From Flavobacteriaceae bacterium (GTDB taxonomy: Bacteria > Bacteroidota > Bacteroidia > UKL13-3), in the NCBI GenBank assembly GCA_025363675.1, contig JANYDJ010000074.1, positions 1 through 59,730 on the forward strand: 59,730 nt of DNA. Direction: 5' to 3'. The notes under the pieces were generated by a model. It saw only the letters and a program-made list of their open reading frames with translations, ran no database searches and had not been told where the DNA came from. Below are positions 38,063 to 45,253 of this stretch, piece by piece. Numbering within the stretch: the stretch's first letter is position 1; the number at the start of each line of letters is the position of its first letter. Position numbers and translations under genes: made by a program.

Positions 38063-39136
38063 TTACAATTTGAAAGGTTTTATATCTTTTACTTTTATTT
38101 CTTTTGTGGTCTTTTCAACTTCGCTAAATCGAATTGTATTTTGACTCTTTAGTTTCCCGAAAAGCCCATTAAAACCTTCTTCATCTTGATCTTTTTTTAA
38201 ATCAAGCACTTCCCTGCCCCTAATGCCTGTTGGAACTATATCTTCTATAGAATTTATGCCAAAAGACACAAAGATGAATTTATTCACCATAGTTTTAATC
38301 TCCTCAACTATAATTTGAAATTCTGTACCGACACCTCCTTGAAAAGTATTTGCTTTTTCTTTATATTTAGGAGATAATACAACTACAACTTTATTTGCAT
38401 CCTGCAAACCAGTTATCATCATTTTGTTAAAGTTTGTAGCAGTTTCTTCTTGACTTTTCATTTTATCCATTGAAGCGTTATAACCGTTTTTTCTTAAAAA
38501 GTCTACAAATGAAATTATTTTATCATTGTGCTCTTCGTCTTCCCAGGCATATGATATAAATACATTTATTTCATCATTTGAATCTTCGACTTTTTTTGTT
38601 CGGCTATGTTTTTTGAGAGTGTTTTTCTTTAGATTTTGCAAACCTTTTATTAATTCTTCCCTCACTTTATTTGGTATATACTGTAGACCAGATTTTCCAA
38701 AACTATGGTGTGCTGAAATTAAAGTGATATCGGAATCGTCATTTTGAATAAGTTCATTAATTTTTTCAACCATCTTTTCTGGTAATGCTCTAGTTACACG
38801 AGAACCAGATATATGCTCTAAACTTTCTTCAATATAGCCAATTCCTTCATGTATTCTAGCAGTAGCAATATCGTAACCTAACTGTTCGGAGATTTTCGAG
38901 GTGTCAATTGGTATATTGTTTTCAATTTCTCCAAATGGGTCTTGTATGCTTCCTTCAATTTTACCTTTGAGTTTTCTATAATTTGGTAGTTCTTTTCCTT
39001 TATAGCCATTCAATTCTAAATTAACATATCCTAGTAACTCAAGGTCTCCTTCCTGTTCTATATATTCTCTTGCTTCGAGAAGTAATAGACTAATTTTACC
39101 TTGACCACTAAGAAGTTTTGTAATTAATTCGTTCAT
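38063..39136 (-). CDS. AbiTii-like N-terminal domain fused to a SEFIR/TIR-like domain
   Basis: 357 aa. The C-terminal half has INVFISYAWEDEEHNDKIISFVDFLRKNGYNASMD...ANKVVVVLSPKY, the betaA-alphaA-...-betaD pattern of SEFIR/TIR_2 domains. The N-terminal LLLEAREYIE...LLGYVNLELNGYKGKELPNYRKL resembles the AbiTii motif (from memory). Confidence 0.78.
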   Translation of the reverse strand: MNELITKLLSGQGKISLLLLEAREYIEQEGDLELLGYVNLELNGYKGKELPNYRKLKGKIEGSIQDPFGEIENNIPIDTSKISEQLGYDIATARIHEGIGYIEESLEHISGSRVTRALPEKMVEKINELIQNDDSDITLISAHHSFGKSGLQYIPNKVREELIKGLQNLKKNTLKKHSRTKKVEDSNDEINVFISYAWEDEEHNDKIISFVDFLRKNGYNASMDKMKSQEETATNFNKMMITGLQDANKVVVVLSPKYKEKANTFQGGVGTEFQIIVEEIKTMVNKFIFVSFGINSIEDIVPTGIRGREVLDLKKDQDEEGFNGLFGKLKSQNTIRFSEVEKTTKEIKVKDIKPFKL

Positions 39137-39143
39137 AGGGTTA

Positions 39144-39175
39144 TTTTAATTAGTGATATTTATCACTAATTAAAA
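39144..39175 (-). promoter_or_regulatory. perfect 15+15 bp palindrome (candidate operator or 5'-UTR hairpin) 8 nt upstream of the TIR gene ATG
   Basis: TTTTAATTAGTGATA-TT-TATCACTAATTAAAA. The arms are exactly complementary. Confidence 0.55.
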
Positions 39176-39331
39176 ATTTATTATCTTATATTCTAAGATA
39201 TTGTTAGCGATTATCTTCAACAAATATAACTTATTTAAAGCCACACAACCAAATCATATTTTCAGTCTAAGTGTCCCTGTATTTGGCTATTCGTTGTAGC
39301 GAACTAAACCAGAGGCATTGTGCAACAATCA

Positions 39332-39445
39332 GGCGTCAGCCAAATCGTAAATCGTAAATCGTAAATCGTAAATCGTAAATCGTAAATCGTAAATCGTAAA
39401 TCGTAAATCGTAAATCGTAAATCGTAAATCGTAAATCGTAAATCA
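39332..39445 (-). repeat. GGCGTCAGCC core followed by about 14 tandem copies of the heptamer AAATCGT
   Basis: GGCGTCAGCC at 39332-39341. Perfect 7-nt periodicity runs from 39342 to 39440, plus a partial unit that contains the stop codon of the 104-aa gene. Confidence 0.9.
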
Positions 39446-39757
39446 TCTTCCACATCTCTCCCTCCACTCACTCTTAAATTTCTCCCTTTCTTCGGGTGTC
39501 ATATTCATCATTTTTTGTTTCATGCCCCAGCCATTCTTCATTGGTGGTCGTCCGCCTTTGCCTTTGAAACCGCCGAAAAGAATACGGCAGAGAATTAATA
39601 AACCTAATGCTTTCCAATACGTAAGCATGCCCACTGTGGGTATAAGTTCAGGTATAATATTATTCCATAAAAACATTACGACCCATCCGCCCGCTGCTAT
39701 AAATGCGAGAAAGCCTAAACCAAATAATGGGTACATATAAAATCTTTTGTTGTACAT
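39443..39757 (-). CDS. small membrane protein, paralog of 36685-36978
   Basis: 104 aa, two or three TM helices and a C-terminal NMTPEEREKFKSEWRERCGR. It lies 11 nt downstream of the ECF sigma gene. Confidence 0.6.
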   Translation of the reverse strand: MYNKRFYMYPLFGLGFLAFIAAGGWVVMFLWNNIIPELIPTVGMLTYWKALGLLILCRILFGGFKGKGGRPPMKNGWGMKQKMMNMTPEEREKFKSEWRERCGR

Positions 39758-39768
39758 AATTGTATAAA

Positions 39769-40329
39769 TTAATATTGTATAAAATCTTGGTATAAATTGT
39801 TGAGTCGCAGGCGAAGATGCTTTACTGCATAGCCTTTGCGAGATATAATAGTTTTAATATTTTCTCCAGTTTGGTCTGCAATTTCCTGCAAACTTATATC
39901 TTCTAATTCGTTTTGTATAAATACAGTTTTTTGTTTTTCGGGAAGTTCCTCTAGGGCATTCATCAGCTCATCCCAAAATATTTTTTTGAAATATTCATCC
40001 TCGGGTGTGTGACTTTGCGATAATAATATTTCTTTAAAATTTACTTCACCATCGTCGCTGGTAAATGAAAAATCTTCCACCGATTCTGTTTTCTTTTTCC
40101 TGAAGTTATCGGTGATTTTATTTTTGGCCACACGGTAAAGCCAACCGCTAATGCTCTCAATAGTTTCTACTTCTTCCAAATTACTAAACTGGTACCATAC
40201 ATCCTGTAAAATATCCTCAGCATCCTCGTCGGTAGCTACTTTACCACGAATGAACGACAGCATTTTTTTGCCGTACTGGTTTACTGTTTGTATTATATTT
40301 TGTCGGTTTCTTTGCATTGCAATTTCCAC
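39769..40329 (-). CDS. ECF-type RNA polymerase sigma-70 family factor
   Basis: 186 aa. Region 2 (DAEDILQDVWYQF...WLYRVAKNKITDNFRKK) and region 4 (LQEIADQTGENIKTIISRKGYAVKHLR). Confidence 0.85.
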   Translation of the reverse strand: MEIAMQRNRQNIIQTVNQYGKKMLSFIRGKVATDEDAEDILQDVWYQFSNLEEVETIESISGWLYRVAKNKITDNFRKKKTESVEDFSFTSDDGEVNFKEILLSQSHTPEDEYFKKIFWDELMNALEELPEKQKTVFIQNELEDISLQEIADQTGENIKTIISRKGYAVKHLRLRLNNLYQDFIQY

Positions 40330-40465
40330 GGCATCTCCTTTTTTTATTGGTAGACGAATGGAGTTTGGTTTTACTTTAAAATAAAATTTTATTGCAATGT
40401 TAATAGGTAATTTGCGAATATGTATTTTAAATTATCTTTGCATTGTTCTGTAATTCAAAAGTTCT

Positions 40466-40573
40466 CGTCATTGCGAGAAGGCTTCCGACGAAGCAATCTC
40501 AGGCCGAGTGGTACTTCCAGAGATTGCTTCGTCGCCCAGGCACACAGGCAAACGCATACTCCTCGCAATGACG
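40466..40573. repeat. palindromic element, GTCATTGCGAGG family
   Basis: CGTCATTGCGAGAAGGCTTCCGACGAAGCAATCTC ... GAGATTGCTTCGTCG ... CCTCGCAATGACGG. It accounts for the artificial N-terminal extension of ORF 40420-41142. Confidence 0.85.
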
Positions 40574-40599
40574 GCAGCTCAAAAAACTATTATAATACC

Positions 40600-41142
40600 A
40601 TGGGGAAATTCCACGACACCATTCAAGATTCCACAAGAGAATTTATTGCCAACCAGCAGATGTTCTTTGTGGCAACAGCACCACTAACCAGCGAAGGTCA
40701 TATCAATTTATCGCCTAAGGGATTGGATGCTTTTAAGATATTGTCTCCAACCAAAGTTGCTTATATGGATTTGATTGGTAGCGGCAATGAAACGGCTGCA
40801 CATATATTGGAAAACAAAAGAATTACTTTCATGTTTTGCTCGTTCGATAAAGTACCGAATATATTGCGATTATATGGAAAAGGATATGCTGTAACATGCG
40901 AAGATGCAGAGTGGGCAGAGCTTGCAGCACATTTTACAATATATCCCAGCACCCGCCAAATTATTGTGGCTGATATTTATATGATACAAAACTCTTGCGG
41001 TTATGGAGTCCCTTTCTATGAATATCAGGGCGAACGTCACATTCATTTCGACTGGGCCGAAAAGAAGGGTGAGCAAGGGCTGGAAGATTATAAGAAAGAG
41101 AAAAATTTGGTAAGTTTGGATGGTCTTGCTACGGGGTTGTAA
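40600..41142 (+). CDS. pyridoxamine 5'-phosphate oxidase-family (FMN-binding split barrel) protein
   Basis: 180 aa from the internal ATG at 40600. FFVATA....GH.N.SPKG......L....VAY.DL.GSG.ET..H......ITFMFC is the pattern of PNPOx-like proteins. The upstream part of the ORF is repeat DNA. Confidence 0.78.
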   Translation: MGKFHDTIQDSTREFIANQQMFFVATAPLTSEGHINLSPKGLDAFKILSPTKVAYMDLIGSGNETAAHILENKRITFMFCSFDKVPNILRLYGKGYAVTCEDAEWAELAAHFTIYPSTRQIIVADIYMIQNSCGYGVPFYEYQGERHIHFDWAEKKGEQGLEDYKKEKNLVSLDGLATGL

Positions 41143-41160
41143 TAATAATACCGCCTACCA

Positions 41161-41252
41161 TCCCTCTCCAAATGGAGAGGGTGACGAGCGAAGCAAAGTC
41201 GGGTTCCTTCCCTCTCCAAATGGAGAGGGTGACGAGCGAAGCAAAGTCGGGT
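41161..41252 (+). repeat. tandem duplication (48-nt period) of a 44-nt hairpin-containing REP-like unit
   Basis: TCCCTCTCCAAATGGAGAGGGTGACGAGCGAAGCAAAGTCGGGT occurs identically at 41161-41204 and 41209-41252. Each unit contains the CCCTCTCC-AAAT-GGAGAGGG hairpin. Confidence 0.9.
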
Positions 41253-41305
41253 GAGGCGAGCTAGGGAAGGTGCGGAATACGACGAACAATGCCGCATATA
41301 TATAC

Positions 41306-41313
41306 TACCTTTG
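41306..41313 (+). promoter_or_regulatory. -7 promoter box TAnnTTTG (TACCTTTG)
   Basis: Exact consensus match 8 nt upstream of the ATG at 41321. This supports the internal start. Confidence 0.45.
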
Positions 41314-41320
41314 CAGCCAC

Positions 41321-42505
41321 ATGAACATCGCAGAAAACATACAATCATTCACCAAAAGCATAGAGCAAAGTATTACAGAAAATATATTGGTAAGTCTGTC
41401 ATTGGGCAATTACAAAGGCACCGAAGACCAACTGAAAAATATATATGTTAAAAAGATACTGATTAAGAAAGAGGAGAAACTTAATTTTACGTATCGTTAT
41501 AAAACCAAAGATATAGTTAAGAACTATGATACGAAAGAATCGCTGGAACTTATACAAAATGCACTGAACGAAGGTTTCAGATTTGCTACATTGTTTACTA
41601 CAGATTTTGATTTGCAATTGGAGAATTTTAATAATGAACGTATTGTTGTTAAAAAACTAAAAGCTTCTAAAACTGCTGTCCCATCAACGACTCACGATCA
41701 TGCGAAAAAGAGAATTATTACGGCAAATGATAAAGCCTACTTGCACGAATTAAAAATTACCGACGATGCCGGAAATGTATATAATGCTGCACAGGATAAA
41801 TACAAACAGCTCAATCATTATATAGAAATTTTAAGTTCGCTGATTAAAGATATTCCACAAGATAAACTTAAAAAAGTAGTGGACATGGGCTGTGGCAAAG
41901 GATATCTCACATTTGCATTATATGATTATTTAACAAATGTATTAAAACTAGAAACCGAAGTGATAGGGGTGGAGGCAAGAAAAGATTTGGTAGAACTATG
42001 TAATACCATTGCCCAAAAATCACTATTCAAGAAATTAAGTTTTGTTGAAGGAACCATAGAAGAATATGATAGTGCCAACACCAATATATTAATAGCCCTA
42101 CATGCCTGCGACACTGCTACTGACGATGCGATATACAAAGGCATCACTGCGAAAGCGGAATTGATTGTAGTAGCACCTTGTTGTCACAAACAAATAAGAA
42201 AACAAATGGAAGACAAACCCATTTCAAATGATATAGATTTCCTTACCAAGTATGGTATATTTATGGAACGCCAGGCCGAAATGGTAACCGATGGAATGCG
42301 TGCAATGCTGCTGGAATATTTTGGATATAAAACAAAAGTTTTGGAATTTATATCAGATGCTCATACGCCTAAAAATGTAATGATAGTAGGAATTAAAGAT
42401 AGCAAAAAAGTATATAAAGACGAAGATATATTACTCCAGTTTCAAGAAGCGAAAGCATATTTTGGTATTGGCTATCATCACTTGGAAAGATTGCTTGGAT
42501 TATAA
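41321..42505 (+). CDS. class I SAM-dependent methyltransferase with an N-terminal domain of unknown function
   Basis: Motif I VVDMGCGKGYLTFAL, later LIALHACD and VAPCCH. The start is placed at the ATG at 41321 because the upstream ORF portion lies in REP-like repeats. Confidence 0.75.
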   Translation: MNIAENIQSFTKSIEQSITENILVSLSLGNYKGTEDQLKNIYVKKILIKKEEKLNFTYRYKTKDIVKNYDTKESLELIQNALNEGFRFATLFTTDFDLQLENFNNERIVVKKLKASKTAVPSTTHDHAKKRIITANDKAYLHELKITDDAGNVYNAAQDKYKQLNHYIEILSSLIKDIPQDKLKKVVDMGCGKGYLTFALYDYLTNVLKLETEVIGVEARKDLVELCNTIAQKSLFKKLSFVEGTIEEYDSANTNILIALHACDTATDDAIYKGITAKAELIVVAPCCHKQIRKQMEDKPISNDIDFLTKYGIFMERQAEMVTDGMRAMLLEYFGYKTKVLEFISDAHTPKNVMIVGIKDSKKVYKDEDILLQFQEAKAYFGIGYHHLERLLGL

Positions 42506-42508
42506 AGT

Positions 42509-42571
42509 CCGTCATTGCGAGGAGGAACGACGAAGCTTCGCCACGGCGAACTCTGCTGCTCGCAATGACGG
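42509..42571. repeat. short palindromic element, GTCATTGCGAGG family
   Basis: CCGTCATTGCGAGGAGGAACGACGAAGC ... GCTGCTCGCAATGACGG, directly after the methyltransferase stop. Confidence 0.8.
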
Positions 42572-42630
42572 CGTACAGTACTCGAAACATTTTTTTCATT
42601 TTTTTGTTATCATTTATTTAAAATAAACAC

Positions 42631-43554
42631 ATGCAAAATATTTTAAACTTGGTAGGCAAACAATTAACCGAATTGCCACAAAATATAGAGCAACCACTTG
42701 AGTTGGAGGAATTGCTTTTGGATAAAAACCATATAGAGTCTCTTTCACCAGAAATAGGGAATTTTACCAATCTAAAAGTGCTCAATGCATTTAGCAATAA
42801 GCTCAATTCAATTCCTGAAAATATTGGGCAATTAAAAAACCTGCATATATTAAATGTTGGCAATAATCATATAACAACACTTCCAGAAAGTTTTGGAGAA
42901 TTGTCAAACTTATATATGTTCGATATCGGGCATAATAATTTGAATGCACTTCCAAGTTCCATTGGCAATTTAAAAAAACTGTCTTTTCTATATTTAAGCA
43001 CCAACAATATTTCTCAAATTCCTGATAGCATAGGAGGTTTGGAAAGTTTGTTATATCTCAATATTGCAGAAAACAAACTCACTTCAATCCCAAGCAGCAT
43101 AGGCAAGTTGACCAATATGATAGAACTTCGTTTATATGATAATATACTTACAGAAATTCCAGAAAGCCTAAGTGCATTAACGAATTTAAGAGAGTGTTAT
43201 TTAATGAATAATAAAATTACTTTCTTGCATGATAGTATTGGGAATATGAAACAACTGCGTAAATTAAATTTGGAAAATAATAAGCTTTCTGAGATTCCTG
43301 AATCTATATCATATTTATATTTATTAACGGAATTAACACTCAGAAAAAATCAACTTACTTTTATTCCAGAATCGATAGGTGAACTAAAAAAATTGGTGTA
43401 TCTAGATTTGCGAGCCAATCAACTCACTACATTACCCGACAGTTTGGCTAATATTGAGACATTGGAAAAATTAGATTTGCGTTGGAATAATTTTAAAGTA
43501 CAACCCAAGTGTATCGAAGTTTTAAGAGAAAGAGGCTGTGTTGTTTTTGAATAA
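42631..43554 (+). CDS. leucine-rich repeat protein (about 12 LRRs, no signal peptide)
   Basis: 307 aa, almost entirely 23-aa repeats of the type L..L.L..N.L..IP.SIG.L. Confidence 0.85.
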   Translation: MQNILNLVGKQLTELPQNIEQPLELEELLLDKNHIESLSPEIGNFTNLKVLNAFSNKLNSIPENIGQLKNLHILNVGNNHITTLPESFGELSNLYMFDIGHNNLNALPSSIGNLKKLSFLYLSTNNISQIPDSIGGLESLLYLNIAENKLTSIPSSIGKLTNMIELRLYDNILTEIPESLSALTNLRECYLMNNKITFLHDSIGNMKQLRKLNLENNKLSEIPESISYLYLLTELTLRKNQLTFIPESIGELKKLVYLDLRANQLTTLPDSLANIETLEKLDLRWNNFKVQPKCIEVLRERGCVVFE

Positions 43555-43632
43555 TGAGCAAGTCAAATTGTCTAAAAAATATGGGTGGCCGCATATATGC
43601 AAAACGCATGACTCATTTAAAATAATTTAATC

Positions 43633-44466
43633 ATGTTTAATAAAGCATATAATATAGCCAATAAGTATACGCACCCATTAATAGTGGCCATGCGTTTCTT
43701 CGATGGCACGGTTGACAGTGGTTTAGGCTCGTTTGTGGTACTGAATAAAGAAGGTTGGATAATGACGGCTGCACATAATTTAGGTGCGGCTTTTATGTTC
43801 AATCAGCATAAAGAGGAAATGAAAGTATATGAACAAAATATAGCTCAAAATCTTTCTGTACTTCCCAACAATAAATGGATAACCGATTTTGCTATACTAT
43901 TAAGCGGACAAAAAATTAATATATTAGAAAGTTATATATACCAAGAGCATGATTTGGCATTTTTGAGAATAGATAACCATGCACTTCACGGACAAACTAT
44001 ATTTCCTAAAATCATTAATTCAAATTCTATAAGTCCGGGAACAAGCTTGTGTAAGTTGGGTTTCCCGTTTGTAGAAGTAAGAGCCACATTTGATGCAAAT
44101 ACAAAAAGTTTTATACTTCCTCCCAACTTATTACCTATTCCATTATTCCCAATCGAAGGAATATATACAAGAAATATGAAAATGGGAAAATCGCAAGATG
44201 GAACTATGGATATATTGTTTTTGGAAACTTCTTCACCCGGATTAAAAGGACAAAGCGGCGGACCAATTTTCGATACCGAAGGAAATATATATGCTATACA
44301 ATCGCAGAATTTAACTATTCCATTGGGCTTTAAAGGCAGCATAGAAGTGAACGGACAAATGATAGAAGAAAACCAATTTTTCAATGTGGGAATAGGCGTG
44401 CATCCGTTCACGATTGAGACGTTGTTGAAGAAGCATGGGATACAATACCAAAGTGTGTCAGTCTGA
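43633..44466 (+). CDS. trypsin-like (S1/chymotrypsin-fold) serine peptidase, no signal peptide
   Basis: Candidate catalytic triad: His in IMTAAHNLG, Asp in EHDLAFLRI, Ser in GQSGGPIF. Confidence 0.72.
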   Translation: MFNKAYNIANKYTHPLIVAMRFFDGTVDSGLGSFVVLNKEGWIMTAAHNLGAAFMFNQHKEEMKVYEQNIAQNLSVLPNNKWITDFAILLSGQKINILESYIYQEHDLAFLRIDNHALHGQTIFPKIINSNSISPGTSLCKLGFPFVEVRATFDANTKSFILPPNLLPIPLFPIEGIYTRNMKMGKSQDGTMDILFLETSSPGLKGQSGGPIFDTEGNIYAIQSQNLTIPLGFKGSIEVNGQMIEENQFFNVGIGVHPFTIETLLKKHGIQYQSVSV

Positions 44467-44561
44467 GTTTATCGAAGACAGAGTTCGAAGGGAATTGTTT
44501 CGATACTGCTATATAAAAATAACATCCAGGTTTGTCTACCCTTCGATAAACTCAAGATGAC
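44457..44561. repeat. palindromic element, GTCATCCTGAG-type arms
   Basis: The left arm GTCAGTCTGAGTTTATCGAAGAC (44457-44479) overlaps the peptidase stop codon. The right arm (44534-44561) is the reverse complement of GTCATCTTGAGTTTATCGAAGGGTAGAC. Confidence 0.75.
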
Positions 44562-44592
44562 AAATAAATAAAATAACCATTCGACTACGCTC

Positions 44593-45153
44593 ATGATAAC
44601 AAAAATGGAAAATACAAAATATATAGCAGTTCTCCGCGGCATAAATGTAAGCGGACAAAAGATGATAAAGATGGATGCTCTGCGATTGATGTTTGAGAAT
44701 CTTAAATTCAAAAATGTGAAAACTTATATACAAAGTGGCAATGTAGTTTTTGAAACAGCGAATAATAAAACAAATGAATTGGAAGAAACAATAAAAGCAC
44801 AAATATTAAAACAGTTTGGCTTTGAAGTGCCAGTAATGGTAAAGGATGCAGAAGAAGTTGAGCAAGTGATTGCCCATAATCCATTTATGAAAAATAAAGA
44901 GATTGATATCACCAAACTGCATATTACTTTTTTATCAGCCATAGGAAACGATACAGGAATTGATAAAATAAAAGAAGGAAATTATGGCGATGATGAGTAT
45001 ATAATACTGGATAAAGCTATATATTTATATTGCCCCAATGGATATGGAAATACGAAATTGAATAATAATTTTTTTGAAAATAAATTGAAAGTAACTGCTA
45101 CTACTAGGAATTGGAAAACGGTGAATGAGCTTTTGAGAATGGTTAATGGTTGA
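44593..45153 (+). CDS. DUF1697 domain-containing protein
   Basis: YIAVLRGINVSGQKMIKM..L......L.F.NV.TYIQSGNVVF matches the DUF1697 N-terminal signature. Confidence 0.8.
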   Translation: MITKMENTKYIAVLRGINVSGQKMIKMDALRLMFENLKFKNVKTYIQSGNVVFETANNKTNELEETIKAQILKQFGFEVPVMVKDAEEVEQVIAHNPFMKNKEIDITKLHITFLSAIGNDTGIDKIKEGNYGDDEYIILDKAIYLYCPNGYGNTKLNNNFFENKLKVTATTRNWKTVNELLRMVNG

Positions 45154-45178
45154 TGGTGAATTGTTAATGGCTGACGCC
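45139..45178 (+). repeat. TTAATGG/TTGATGG short-period block ending in a GGCTGACGCC core
   Basis: ATGGTTAATGGTTGATGGTGAATTGTTAATGGCTGACGCC. It overlaps the last codons (MVNG-stop) of the DUF1697 gene. Confidence 0.7.
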
Positions 45179-45253
45179 GATATAATAGGTAGATGATTTT
45201 CTTTGAAAATAAGTTTTAATATTTTTTGTTTCATATATATAATAACAATAAAA

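Noticed and set aside
38063-39136. Considered claiming a compositional anomaly for the TIR gene, as for the ATPase cassette.
   Set aside because: Hand counts of sampled lines give about 19-21 G+C per 60 nt. This is only slightly below typical chromosomal lines here, so composition alone does not support foreign origin for this gene.
39342-39445. Considered whether the regular repeat array could be a CRISPR array.
   Set aside because: The period is 7 nt with no spacers, and there are no cas genes in the window. It is a microsatellite-type tandem repeat.
41088-41451. ORFs 41088-41348 (minus strand) and 41251-41451 (plus strand).
   Set aside because: Both are read through the tandem REP-like units (repetitive ARHPLHLERE-type translation) or out of frame with the methyltransferase gene.
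44469-44802. Minus-strand ORFs of 80 and 88 aa between the peptidase and DUF1697 genes.
   Set aside because: They overlap the family-C palindrome and the 5' end of the DUF1697 gene in antisense. Their translations are hydrophobic and low-complexity.
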